64,000 bases of DNA, taken from NCBI GenBank assembly GCA_029856145.1, contig JAHQWK010000002.1:128001-192000 (forward strand), given 5' to 3'. The notes below the pieces were generated by a model that was not told where the DNA came from, searched no databases, and worked only from the letters and a program-made list of their open reading frames with translations. This DNA is from Promethearchaeia archaeon. Lineage in GTDB: Archaea; Asgardarchaeota; Lokiarchaeia; Sigyniarchaeales; SOKP01. How positions within the stretch are numbered: the first letter of the stretch is position 1; each line of letters starts with the position of its first letter. The position numbers and the translations under genes are program-made. Below are positions 19,986-30,014 of this stretch, piece after piece.

Positions 19986-20666
19986 TTATTTATCCAGAGA
20001 TAAGGGTTCTTTTTTTATTGGTTTTAAAGGAAGATCTGACAAATTATTATACCACTTCGGATATTTTTCTGAAAATATTTGATCAATCTTCTTAAGGGGC
20101 ACATCTGCATAAGTCCCCCAGTCTCCTATATATTCTACAAAGATATTCCCTTCTGTATCATATGGTGCAAATAAAGCATCATTTTCTCCATCGAACTCGA
20201 CCATAGGAAAAAATCCACCCTTAATACAAGTCTTTTTATCAAAAATGGGTGCAGCTTTTATCCATTTATCGTTTAAGTATAACTCACTATATGCATGGCA
20301 ATGAAAGGCGTTTGTACCCATTAGATCAGCAAGTCTTTTAGATATTTTATGATTAATAATGTCAACCATGTGAATACGGGCAGGAATCCCTATAGCTCGT
20401 GCAAAAGTTGATAATAATGTAGCTTTAGACATACAAAAGCCATATTTTCTTCGCATTGTAACTGAAGCTTTAAGATTTGCTTTAACTTTTGGATAATATG
20501 AAAATGCATTATACTTTATCTTATCTCTAACCCAATAAAATAACGCTATTGCTTTTTCCTTATCATTTTTTAACCTTTCAGTAATTTCAACAGCTTTATT
20601 TTTCACTTGTTTTCTATGGAAATTAAGGAATTCAGTCGGTTGTAGATATATATTCAAATCCTCCAT
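19986..20666 (-). CDS. Transglutaminase-like domain protein
   Basis: YWVRDKIKY, GFCMSKA, GIPAR, HAYSELY...W. Confidence 0.85.
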   Translation of the reverse strand: MEDLNIYLQPTEFLNFHRKQVKNKAVEITERLKNDKEKAIALFYWVRDKIKYNAFSYYPKVKANLKASVTMRRKYGFCMSKATLLSTFARAIGIPARIHMVDIINHKISKRLADLMGTNAFHCHAYSELYLNDKWIKAAPIFDKKTCIKGGFFPMVEFDGENDALFAPYDTEGNIFVEYIGDWGTYADVPLKKIDQIFSEKYPKWYNNLSDLPLKPIKKEPLSLDK

Positions 20667-20921
20667 GATAATGAAAAAAATTAATCCTTTTAGAATTTTA
20701 CTCTATAAATTTATAATAGTAGATCTATTGGTTTAAGACGGAGTAATGTTGAAATTAAAAAAACACCTCAACTATGAGGATTTATTTCTTTAGTATGTTT
20801 TATAACAATAATAGGATGACTTAATGTAAGCATTATTTTAAAATAGATTTATATCAATAAATTTTTATAATTCTATTATTACTTTAAAGTCGTGATTATA
20901 ACAATAAACTTGTGAAATTTA

Positions 20922-22580
20922 TTGATTGGTTTACTCCTCGTACGGTTTGATCCTCTGTTTGGACCAAACATATTTTTAAAGGCACCAGAATCTTTAGATG
21001 AGGAACTTATACAAGATATTCCCTCATTAATAGAACTCCCTACAAAAGGAGTATTTATTCACATATTTAAGGAGATTAAAACAGCTAATTTATTCTTTAA
21101 ACAACCTAATAAGTTTGCTCGAGGAGGATATGAAAGTTTTTTAATCACAATTATTACCGATAGTAAAACTCAAATTAGTTTAATGCTCGCAAATAAGCTT
21201 CTTGAAGGTTTTGCTAATTATCTTATAAATCTTAAAGATGCTTACCTTGCCTTTGATTATGAACCTAAAGATCATAAAGCAGATCTGGATAAAATGAAGG
21301 TAATTGAGAGCTTCTTTTTTTCTTATTTTGAGTCTATTAAACCGGTGATTAAAACTTTAGAAATGGCAGAACAACGATATCAAACTCTATTTCAAGCAGC
21401 CCGGGATGCCATTTTCATAGTAAAACGTGATACAGGAGTTATTGTTGATGTTAATTTAGAAGCAGAAAGATTAGTGGAAAAAACTAAAGATGAAATTGTC
21501 GGTAATAAAGCATTAGAACTTGACTTATTTGATGAGGGATTAGTAGATCCAGACATGGTCCAACATTTAGTTAATCAACCACCGCCTATTATTTCAAGAA
21601 TGAAGAAATCAAGTAGAAAGCAATTATATTTAGAAGTTAATATAAATGAGATTGAGCTAGGAGATGATTTTTTTATCCAATATCTTTTTCATGATCTATC
21701 TGATATTCATGTAGTAGAAGAGAAACTTAAAGAACATGCAAGAAAAATAGAAACGTTAAATAAATTCATTAGTATCGCGAATCAAGCCAATGATCTTAAA
21801 GATCTATTGAAAAAAACTGTAGATTATTTCATTGATTTTTTAAGCTTAAAGGGATGTTGTATATATCTAGTTGATAAGACACAAAATATTGCTAGAATTA
21901 AGGCCCATAAAGACCTTCCACAATTCTTTTTTGAACAAAATGATAATTTAAGGGCTACTGAAAATCCTTATGATATTGTTTTTACAAAAGGAGTAGCGCT
22001 TTTTAATGAAAATTTTCCAGAAATCATCAGAAAATTCTTTAAAGGGATTGAATCTATTTCTGGCGCTGTAATCCCCTTATTTTCAAAATTCGAGATAATC
22101 GGCTCGATAAATATGATTTTAAATCGAAAAAAACCCCTATCTGTCGAAGAAATGGAATTAATAATTACAATTGCCCTGGAAATCGGAGCAGCCATCGAAA
22201 AAATGCAAAATCAAGAAAATTTGAAACTTAGTGAAGCAAAAAATACAATTTTACTTAATCATATCCCCTTCTCTATTTTTAGAATCTCTATAGATGGGAT
22301 TTTTCAAGATATAAAGTTGGATAAAAAAATTAAGAAAGTATTTGAGATAAGTACATATCCTCGGAATCTCATCGGAAGAAGTATAAATGAGATTTTATCT
22401 GATGAAATTGCTGAAGAGGCACTAAATAATATAGAAAAAGCTTTAGAAACTCAAAAATCAGTAGAAATGAGATTTATTATACCCTATCAAGATAATCAGA
22501 TAATATTTCGTTCTGATATTATTCCTATTGGGAAAAATGAGGTATTAGTATTTCTACAAAATTTAACTAGAACCTGGTAA
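20922..22580 (+). CDS. uDENN/longin-like N-terminal domain + PAS + GAF + PAS sensor protein with no kinase output domain
   Basis: LVRFDPLFGP N-terminus; RYQTLFQAARDAIF..IVDVN (PAS); VIPLFSKFEIIGSIN (GAF); ILLNHIPFSIFRISIDG...QNLT (PAS); no HisKA H-box or HATPase boxes. Confidence 0.7.
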   Translation: MIGLLLVRFDPLFGPNIFLKAPESLDEELIQDIPSLIELPTKGVFIHIFKEIKTANLFFKQPNKFARGGYESFLITIITDSKTQISLMLANKLLEGFANYLINLKDAYLAFDYEPKDHKADLDKMKVIESFFFSYFESIKPVIKTLEMAEQRYQTLFQAARDAIFIVKRDTGVIVDVNLEAERLVEKTKDEIVGNKALELDLFDEGLVDPDMVQHLVNQPPPIISRMKKSSRKQLYLEVNINEIELGDDFFIQYLFHDLSDIHVVEEKLKEHARKIETLNKFISIANQANDLKDLLKKTVDYFIDFLSLKGCCIYLVDKTQNIARIKAHKDLPQFFFEQNDNLRATENPYDIVFTKGVALFNENFPEIIRKFFKGIESISGAVIPLFSKFEIIGSINMILNRKKPLSVEEMELIITIALEIGAAIEKMQNQENLKLSEAKNTILLNHIPFSIFRISIDGIFQDIKLDKKIKKVFEISTYPRNLIGRSINEILSDEIAEEALNNIEKALETQKSVEMRFIIPYQDNQIIFRSDIIPIGKNEVLVFLQNLTRTW

Positions 22581-23618
22581 TTAACTTAAAATCGTTCGTA
22601 ATTTTTCAGCTTTCTCTAGTAATTCTATTGAAAGTGAATCATCTCCTAATTCAAGACAAATATTACTTATTTTTTCGAAAAGATTAATAGTTTCACTAAA
22701 TTCGCCCTGTTCCAAAGCTTTCTGAGCTTTATCCATTAAAATGTCTCTATCAAAAATTGGTTTTAGTAAGGGTGAGACTTGTGTATCCATATCTAAAAGA
22801 TCAGCTATAATACGGATCATTTTTGGTCTATTATTTGGGTCAATAGCTATGAAAGAGTAAGTTTTTTGACCCATTAATCGCTCAATATCCTCAATTTTCA
22901 TAGCGCTAGACAAATCTTGCTTGTTTGCGATAACTGCTAACCGAGCATAAGGTACTACTTTATTCACTAATTCAAAAAAGTATCTACTCTTTTCGAGATT
23001 TTCTAAAGTTGAATCCGTCATTAAAAGAACAGCATCACTACCTCTTATAAATTTCTCCCAAAGAAAGTCAAATTGGTCTTGTCCTGCAAAATCCCATAAA
23101 TAGAAGTGTAATTTTCCAATTTTTATAGTTGCAACTTCACCTGTAATCGTAGGTATATGTTGCATTGGAATTTCCTCTGATTTTATTAGTTTGGTGGTGG
23201 TTGTCTTTCCAACTCCAGAAAATCCAATAATTGATAGTTTTGCTTTTAAATTTCTATGAATTGTATCGACTATAGGATCAAACACATCATGTATTATATT
23301 AATGTTGCTTTCTTTGAGGATATCACCATAGATATCGAGAAATTTTTTTTTAAAGCTATGTAATTGTAGTTCAATATTCTTAAATTCGTCTCCTAGTCCA
23401 GTTACAAAAAGAAATATAATACTTAAATCTTTATCCACAATATATGAAAGTTTAAGCTTAAAAAAATCGTAAGATGCAGTTTCTTCAGCAAATTTTGAAA
23501 AAGCTGACTTTTTTACATTTAAATAGACATTCGTAAAGAGAGAATCATCTAAACCTTTAGCATAGTTCCGTTGGTAAATAATAATATCATTTAAAATTAT
23601 ATAGACTTGTCTAAGCAT
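22581..23618 (-). CDS. Arf/Rab-like small GTPase with N-terminal longin-like domain and C-terminal helical bundle
   Basis: G1 GFSGVGKTT, G2 PTI, G3 WDFAGQ, G4 NKQD. Confidence 0.85.
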   Translation of the reverse strand: MLRQVYIILNDIIIYQRNYAKGLDDSLFTNVYLNVKKSAFSKFAEETASYDFFKLKLSYIVDKDLSIIFLFVTGLGDEFKNIELQLHSFKKKFLDIYGDILKESNINIIHDVFDPIVDTIHRNLKAKLSIIGFSGVGKTTTTKLIKSEEIPMQHIPTITGEVATIKIGKLHFYLWDFAGQDQFDFLWEKFIRGSDAVLLMTDSTLENLEKSRYFFELVNKVVPYARLAVIANKQDLSSAMKIEDIERLMGQKTYSFIAIDPNNRPKMIRIIADLLDMDTQVSPLLKPIFDRDILMDKAQKALEQGEFSETINLFEKISNICLELGDDSLSIELLEKAEKLRTILS

Positions 23619-23644
23619 ATCTATTTTCTAAGATTTTATTTTTA

Positions 23645-24559
23645 TTAAGTATAATATTGACCTAATTCTTCTTTTACCTCATCGATCAACTTATTTAGGT
23701 CCTTCTCCTCTAAAGTTTCAGAAAAAAAGAGAATATCTTTAAAATTTGAATGGTAGTTACTGATATTCTCCCCTAACATATATAATATTTTAGACCCTGC
23801 GTTTATAAACTTACTTTTTGAAAGGGGTTCTTCAGGTGATTTACTTAATTTATAGATTGCTTCATATAAATAGTAAAGGATACTTGTATCAAAATCAGAA
23901 GAACTAACTTGAATAATGAGGTTGTTATCTTGATTAGAAACAACACAGATCGTTTTAGATAAACCATTAATAATCTTTTTAATAAGTTTCTTTAAATTTG
24001 AAGAATCTCTTGAATAATTACTGAAAATATCTGAAATAGCATTATAAACAGTGAATATTAAATTAGGATGTAAACTAGTAAAATAAATCGGTAATTCTTC
24101 AGAAAGATTTAATTGTCTTATTACTTGTCTTTTAATTAGCGCGAGCATGCTACCGATTTTTTTATTAATTAAAAGATCTATTTTATGAAGAAATAGGATA
24201 ATTTTGGCATCAAATTCTTGTTTTTTCTTAATTTCATATATTTTTTTAATATCATCAATAATATCTTGAGAATTTTCAATCCAGCTAGGATAATCGAATA
24301 TATATATAATAGCGCTAGTATCTCCAAATGTTAAGATTTGTCTTTGTTCATCTTCCAATAATAAAGGAAGGGATTGACCTGGTGAATCTAATAAACTAAT
24401 TTTTAGATTCATAAAGTCAGGTACAGAATACTTAATTCCTATTGTAGCCTCGAGAGGAAATATTACTAACTCATTCGGGTCTTCTCCTTCAAAAATTACT
24501 TTTTTAATCGTGGTTTTACCTACTTCCGGTTTTCCTACCATTGAGATTTTAGTTGCCAT
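23645..24559 (-). CDS. Rag/Gtr-like small GTPase with C-terminal roadblock/longin-like domain
   Basis: G1 GKPEVGKTT then IKKVIF, LEATI, DSPGQ, IIYIFD, HKID, TS; GGAGGT SD upstream. Confidence 0.8.
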   Translation of the reverse strand: MATKISMVGKPEVGKTTIKKVIFEGEDPNELVIFPLEATIGIKYSVPDFMNLKISLLDSPGQSLPLLLEDEQRQILTFGDTSAIIYIFDYPSWIENSQDIIDDIKKIYEIKKKQEFDAKIILFLHKIDLLINKKIGSMLALIKRQVIRQLNLSEELPIYFTSLHPNLIFTVYNAISDIFSNYSRDSSNLKKLIKKIINGLSKTICVVSNQDNNLIIQVSSSDFDTSILYYLYEAIYKLSKSPEEPLSKSKFINAGSKILYMLGENISNYHSNFKDILFFSETLEEKDLNKLIDEVKEELGQYYT

Positions 24560-24679
24560 AGTGATACCTCCTTTTTTTTAAATAAATAAACAGTTCTTTT
24601 TATAATCAAATAAAAAAAAATATATTTAAACTTGAGTGTATGAAAAAACTAAAGCCTTATTTTTAATAGAATTTGTCAT

Positions 24680-25112
24680 TTATATCCTAAAGGCTATTAA
24701 ATCGATAATATCAATTAATTTTATTTTTTCTTGAATCTCTGATCCTATTTCTTTATATGCATCACTTAAATTTCCTATGCAGAAAGGACAACTAGTGGTT
24801 AATATCTCAGCTCCCGATTCTACTGCTTCTCTAATTCTCTCTTTTGAAATCTCTATCGCTAAATCTGCAAATTGGCTTAGCACCACTAAATTCTCCAGCA
24901 CCTCCACCTCGAGGAATAACAGGGATATTTTCTTGGTTTGCTACTTTGAGAATCTCGGAGATTTCTTGTGCATCCTTGGGACGAATAACTATCTCGGGAA
25001 CACCTTGTAGAAGAGGGTCAACAGTTCTCGAATAAGCATGACGAACATAAATATCATTGGAAATAAATTTATCTGAAACAATTTTTTCTAATTTGTTATA
25101 GATATCTGACAT
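24680..25112 (-). pseudogene. Chimeric remnant: N-terminal ~80 aa of a GlcD-like FAD-linked oxidase joined out of frame to the C-terminal ~64 aa of a CCG-domain (GlcF/HdrD-like) Fe-S protein
   Basis: PEIVIRPK...IPVIPRGGG in one frame; GAEILTTSCPFC..NL in another; junction near 24870-24875. Confidence 0.8.
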
Positions 25113-25256
25113 TTCTGTATTATCTCATCAAATTTTTATTAAAACAATTTATAATAGAAACATTGAAGTACTTAAATATATTCCAAGATAAAGTAAAGTT
25201 ATAAATTTAAAAGAAAACCGTAAATCTAAACAAATATGCAGTTAAAGGTGTAAGAA

Positions 25257-25541
25257 ATTTATTACCGAGGGTACATTTTAATTCGGTTGAAAGCAATTGG
25301 TACTGAATGGAAAGTTGTAGATAAATTAACTAATTTAAAATCTGCAGAACCAGACGAGGATTGGAAAATTACGTATGTCACTCCAATTTATGGAGGTTGG
25401 GACGTTATGGTTGAATGCTCTTTTTCTAAACTAAGAGATATAGATAAAATTGTCACTTACTGTAGAATGGATAAAGATTTATCCCAGTGGATTGAAGAAA
25501 CTACTACTCTTATGGGCTCCAAAAATGATTACCCTGGCTGA
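25257..25541 (+). CDS. Lrp/AsnC ligand-binding-domain-like small protein (start ATT 25257 or TTG 25287)
   Basis: YRGYILIRL first strand, IYGGWDVMVE, IEETTTL motifs; AGGTG SD upstream of ATT. Confidence 0.65.
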   Translation: MYYRGYILIRLKAIGTEWKVVDKLTNLKSAEPDEDWKITYVTPIYGGWDVMVECSFSKLRDIDKIVTYCRMDKDLSQWIEETTTLMGSKNDYPG

Positions 25542-25676
25542 GTTTCCTTCTTGATGTAATTTGAAATAAAAAGTAAATTTTTTATAAATAGAATCTTTTC
25601 ATATTCAATTTGGTATTGAATGTAATTCAAACTCTAACTTTTAAATAATAATATAGGAAATTAGGTTAGTAGGTCA

Positions 25677-26264
25677 TTGGAAAATTCAAATAAATACATA
25701 ATTATTGGAGTCATATCTACATTTTTATTTATCCCAATACTTTTTGGAGTTTATGTTCAATATATTTTTGTTAGAGAATTTGATCCTTTCTTAATTCTTT
25801 TTTTTTTATTTGGTCTACTTATACTTTTAACTATAGGAAAGTTAATTGAAATTTTTATTTTTAATAATGATAGCATTGAACTGATGCGAAAACACGATGT
25901 TATGAACGCATTAATTAACAGAAATAATAGAATAGTTATATGGTTATTTTTTCCTTTAACAATGATAATGGAAGAATTGATTTTTAGGTACTATTTAATT
26001 GGTTTCTTGAGTGATTCATTAAATTTAGACGTTATTTCTGTTATATTTATTTCAAGCTTAATTTTTTCATTATATCATATCCACACATGGTTTTCATTTA
26101 AAAATTTAACATTTTTACTAATAAACTTGGTATATCCATTCTTAATGGGATTATACATCGGTTATATATTCTTAAATTTAGGGATTATACCTTGTATACT
26201 AATCCATTATATTTTATCGTTCTATTTATACTATAATATATACAGAAGATACTTTAGAACTTAA
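25677..26264 (+). CDS. CPBP family intramembrane metalloprotease
   Basis: MEELIFR, FSLYH, ILIH motifs. Confidence 0.8.
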   Translation: MENSNKYIIIGVISTFLFIPILFGVYVQYIFVREFDPFLILFFLFGLLILLTIGKLIEIFIFNNDSIELMRKHDVMNALINRNNRIVIWLFFPLTMIMEELIFRYYLIGFLSDSLNLDVISVIFISSLIFSLYHIHTWFSFKNLTFLLINLVYPFLMGLYIGYIFLNLGIIPCILIHYILSFYLYYNIYRRYFRT

Positions 26265-26284
26265 AATAAAAAAGAGTTATTAAA

Positions 26285-28012
26285 TTACATTTTTCTTAGG
26301 GCTTTTTTATCGATTTTACCAACCGCAGTCAATGGTAACTGATCTGAAATTTCAATAAATTTAGGCACCTTATATTTCGCAAGGCTTTCTTGAGCATACT
26401 TTAAAATATCTTCTTTTATTTCTTCATTTGCCTCATATCCCTTTTTCAAAAGCACGTGTAATTTAACTAATTCAGATCCTGGACGATCTGGGTCAGGAAT
26501 TCCGATACACGAACATAGCTCAATTGCAGGATGTTTATTCATTTTATTATCGACTTCAACGCTAAACACTTTATAGCCTGAGACGATTATCATATCTTTT
26601 GTACGATCTACGATTTTTATATAGCCATCCTCGTCCATTATTCCTACATCTCCCGAATAAAACCATTCATCTTTAAGGGCTTTATTAGTTTCTTCTGTTT
26701 TTTTCCAATATCCCTTAAATATTTGAGGACCTTTAATAACAACCTCACCGGGTTCGTTAATAGGGGCTTCTTTACTTTTATCTGAGACATTTACAATTTT
26801 AACCTCAGTGTTTGAAACAGGGAGTCCCACCGTGCCTATTTTTCTTGTTCCCAGATATGGATTAAGGGTTACAATAGGAGATGCTTCTGTCATACCATAT
26901 ACCTCTAATAATTTATGTTTACCTACGACATCTTCAAATTCTCTTATACTTTCAGCAGGAAAAGGTGCTGCTCCTGAAACATAGAGTTTGAAAGAACTTA
27001 AATCTGCTTTTTTAAATTTTCGATTTTTTAGAAGCATTAAATAAAGAGTAGGAACATTTGCCATAAAGCTTGGATGATATTCAATAATTTTATTCGCAAT
27101 ATAATTTACATCTCTAGGATCTGGAATTAAAAGTTGAGTAGCACCATAGTGTACTGCGCCAAGATTGAAAAACATACCTGCTAAATGGAATAAAGGAAAT
27201 CCTGAAATGAATATCTCCTTTCCTTTTATGAAATCAATTTCCCATTGGTGTACTACTTGTTGGAGGTTAATTATCTCATTCGCATGAGTCAATATAGCAC
27301 CCTTTGGAGGTCCAGTAGTGCCACCAGTATATTGAAGAAACGCAAAATCTTCATGAGGATCTATTTTAACATTAGGAGATTTATCATCTGGATAGTTTGA
27401 TAATAATTCTTTAAATGTAAAGAATTTTATTCCATCTAATGGAATTACCTCTCCAAAAGGTACTTTTCCTATTTTTATTAATTGTTCTTTCATAGAAGGA
27501 TCTATATCTAAGGTATCAGCAACATTAGTGGTTATTACGATTTTAATGTCAGTTTTACCAGAAGAGAGAGCTTTTCGGACGCTTTGTTCATAGAAAGAAT
27601 CTAACGTTACTAAAGCAACAGCTCCGCTATCTTTCAATTGATATATTATCTCATTAGGTTGTAATAGAAAATTCATTCCTGTGGAGGTACAACCAGCATA
27701 AAATGTTCCATATAACGCAATAATATACTGAGGAATGTTAGGTAAATGAATAGCAATTCTATCTCCCTTTTTCAAGCCATTCTGAAGAAAAAAGTTAGCA
27801 AAACAATTTATTCTTTTTTCTATTTCTTTAAAAGTATAGATAGTTCCTTGAAGATCGCAACATATATTATCTGGAAAATCATTTACAGATCTTTTCATCG
27901 AATCTGCTAAAGATATTATCTCGAAGTCAATCTCTGGCGTTACATGATCATCATATGATTTTTTCCAAATTTTAGACGAATAAGGGCTGCTTTCCATCCA
28001 TTTTTCTGTCAT
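26285..28012 (-). CDS. Long-chain fatty acid--CoA ligase (AMP-binding)
   Basis: YTGGTTGPPKG, YGMTE, SGDVG, DRTKD, GKIDKK. Confidence 0.92.
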   Translation of the reverse strand: MTEKWMESSPYSSKIWKKSYDDHVTPEIDFEIISLADSMKRSVNDFPDNICCDLQGTIYTFKEIEKRINCFANFFLQNGLKKGDRIAIHLPNIPQYIIALYGTFYAGCTSTGMNFLLQPNEIIYQLKDSGAVALVTLDSFYEQSVRKALSSGKTDIKIVITTNVADTLDIDPSMKEQLIKIGKVPFGEVIPLDGIKFFTFKELLSNYPDDKSPNVKIDPHEDFAFLQYTGGTTGPPKGAILTHANEIINLQQVVHQWEIDFIKGKEIFISGFPLFHLAGMFFNLGAVHYGATQLLIPDPRDVNYIANKIIEYHPSFMANVPTLYLMLLKNRKFKKADLSSFKLYVSGAAPFPAESIREFEDVVGKHKLLEVYGMTEASPIVTLNPYLGTRKIGTVGLPVSNTEVKIVNVSDKSKEAPINEPGEVVIKGPQIFKGYWKKTEETNKALKDEWFYSGDVGIMDEDGYIKIVDRTKDMIIVSGYKVFSVEVDNKMNKHPAIELCSCIGIPDPDRPGSELVKLHVLLKKGYEANEEIKEDILKYAQESLAKYKVPKFIEISDQLPLTAVGKIDKKALRKM

Positions 28013-28189
28013 ATTTGATCAAATTAAAGATTTTTTAATCAGATTTAACTAATTTTAATAGTATTCTTATTGTCAGATCTATATTTAAAATTAATTTTTT
28101 AATTTTGAATGGAATTTAAGAAAAGATATATTTTTTTACAGTTTTTTATTAAATAGATTTCATTATTCAGTTGTCTTGAAAGAATTTTT

Positions 28190-29056
28190 ATGAAAGTTTA
28201 TTTCCGAGAACTAACCGTTGAAGACATTCCTGCTATTAAAGATATTAGCAAAGACATTTGGGATGGAGATGATTATATCCCGTATGTTATAGATGAGTGG
28301 CTCCAAGATAAAAATAGCATGAATTATGGAACTTTTAAAGATGAAAATAAAACAAAATTAATTGGATTCGGAAGAGTGAAGATATTTAATAATGATCTTG
28401 CATGGTTGGAAGGAGGAAGAATAAAAGCATCTTATCAAGGCAAGGGCATTGGCAAATTACAGCTGGGATATGCGGTGGAATATGCTAGTAAAATAGGGGT
28501 TAAAGTAGCTCAGTATGATACAGCATCCGATAATTTCGCCTCAATTTCTCTTGCAAAATATTACGGTTTTAAACATAAAAAATGCATGGATCTCGTTATA
28601 GTGAATTCAGATGAGATAAAATTTATTAAAAAAATATCTCCTAAAGTTGATAAACTAGCGGCGAAAGATGTAAAAGATATCTATAAGAAATTTGATATTG
28701 GCCCTGGAGACGAAATCTGTATAGGGTGGTCTTATATTCCATTAAAATATATAACTGATGATCATGGCTCATGGATATACAATAGAGATGCTATTTTACA
28801 AAAAATTGAATTTGGAAAATCTCATGATTACGAACTTCCATCAGAAAAAGAAGTTTGGATGATTGTCTATGGAAAACCAAAGGCAGCATATGAATTAATT
28901 CAATATACAATTCAAAAAGAGCTTGAATCTAAAGAGACTAAAAATTTTGAGGTTTTTTGTAGACCTGAATTAGTAGATCTCATAAAAGAAATGGGATTTA
29001 AATATTATGAAGATGAACGTTTTGGTGTCATCTTATTTGAAAAAGCATTTAGTTGA
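28190..29056 (+). CDS. GNAT family N-acetyltransferase
   Basis: AWLEGGRI..SYQGKGIG, N..S..LA. Confidence 0.85.
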   Translation: MKVYFRELTVEDIPAIKDISKDIWDGDDYIPYVIDEWLQDKNSMNYGTFKDENKTKLIGFGRVKIFNNDLAWLEGGRIKASYQGKGIGKLQLGYAVEYASKIGVKVAQYDTASDNFASISLAKYYGFKHKKCMDLVIVNSDEIKFIKKISPKVDKLAAKDVKDIYKKFDIGPGDEICIGWSYIPLKYITDDHGSWIYNRDAILQKIEFGKSHDYELPSEKEVWMIVYGKPKAAYELIQYTIQKELESKETKNFEVFCRPELVDLIKEMGFKYYEDERFGVILFEKAFS

Positions 29057-29880
29057 GAATATTCTTTCAATATTTCATCTGGCGGAATATATCCTCTAAT
29101 TGTTTTTGGACCTTTAAAATATTTTACCTTTGGCAATAATTTAAAATAGAGTGCATTATTAGGACAATTTCTTAAACACCGAAAACATAAAATGCATTTC
29201 TTATGATTAATAACAGGGATAGTCTTGAAAAATATAGCATTTGTAGGACAACCTTTTTCACATGCTTTACAGGCTATACATTCACTACGATTATAACCAA
29301 TTAAATAACTTGCATATTTATAAAATAGTTTTTCTAATTTTTGAAAATAAGCTCTAATGACTGAGCCAAATAATGTTGAGTTAGACCAATCTAAAACTCC
29401 TTCCTCAGTTTTAATTGTTATTGCTAGCTTAATTCCAAATTGAAAAATTTTATCTATTTTTTTTCTCGACCACTTAACATATTTAAAATATTTTGACTCG
29501 AACACTGAATCTCTTGTTGGAACAATGACCTCAATTGCACCTATAAATTTAAAATTCTTTTTTTCTAAAATTTTCTTAATTTGCTTGATAGATGGCCCAG
29601 GTAACCCTGCATTAGTATCAAATAAGAAGAATTTAACCTTTTTTTTTACCATAGGTAGTTTTTTAATCCACTCAAGCATATTTAAAGTAAAGGTCATAAC
29701 ATAAATAGGAGCTCCAATACCTAAAACTTCAATCTCTTCAAAGTTTAAATTATTTCGTTTAAGAGAATTAAAAGGGACCAATTCAGGTTCAAGATTAGCA
29801 CATATTAACCCATTTTTAATTAGTTGTGCTACATACTTGGTGTTTCCAGAAGAAGAGAAATAAATTATAGGGATTTTCAT
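29005..29880 (-). CDS. EFR1-type flavodoxin-ferredoxin fusion
   Basis: YFSSSGNT FMN loop; two CxxCxxCxxxCP motifs. Confidence 0.85.
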   Translation of the reverse strand: MKIPIIYFSSSGNTKYVAQLIKNGLICANLEPELVPFNSLKRNNLNFEEIEVLGIGAPIYVMTFTLNMLEWIKKLPMVKKKVKFFLFDTNAGLPGPSIKQIKKILEKKNFKFIGAIEVIVPTRDSVFESKYFKYVKWSRKKIDKIFQFGIKLAITIKTEEGVLDWSNSTLFGSVIRAYFQKLEKLFYKYASYLIGYNRSECIACKACEKGCPTNAIFFKTIPVINHKKCILCFRCLRNCPNNALYFKLLPKVKYFKGPKTIRGYIPPDEILKEYSQLNAFSNKMTPKRSSS

Positions 29881-30014
29881 AGTCTAAATAGAAAAGTATA
29901 GAAATCTATAAATTTTTTTTGGAAAATCCTATAATGCAGTATAAAACACAGGAAATAGTATTTATTCCTAAAGATTTAGGTTATAATAAAAATAAAAAAG
30001 AATAAAAAAAATTA

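Noticed and set aside
29005-29056. 52-nt convergent overlap of the GNAT and flavodoxin genes
   Set aside because: Short 3' overlaps are common in compact archaeal genomes; nothing suggests a function.
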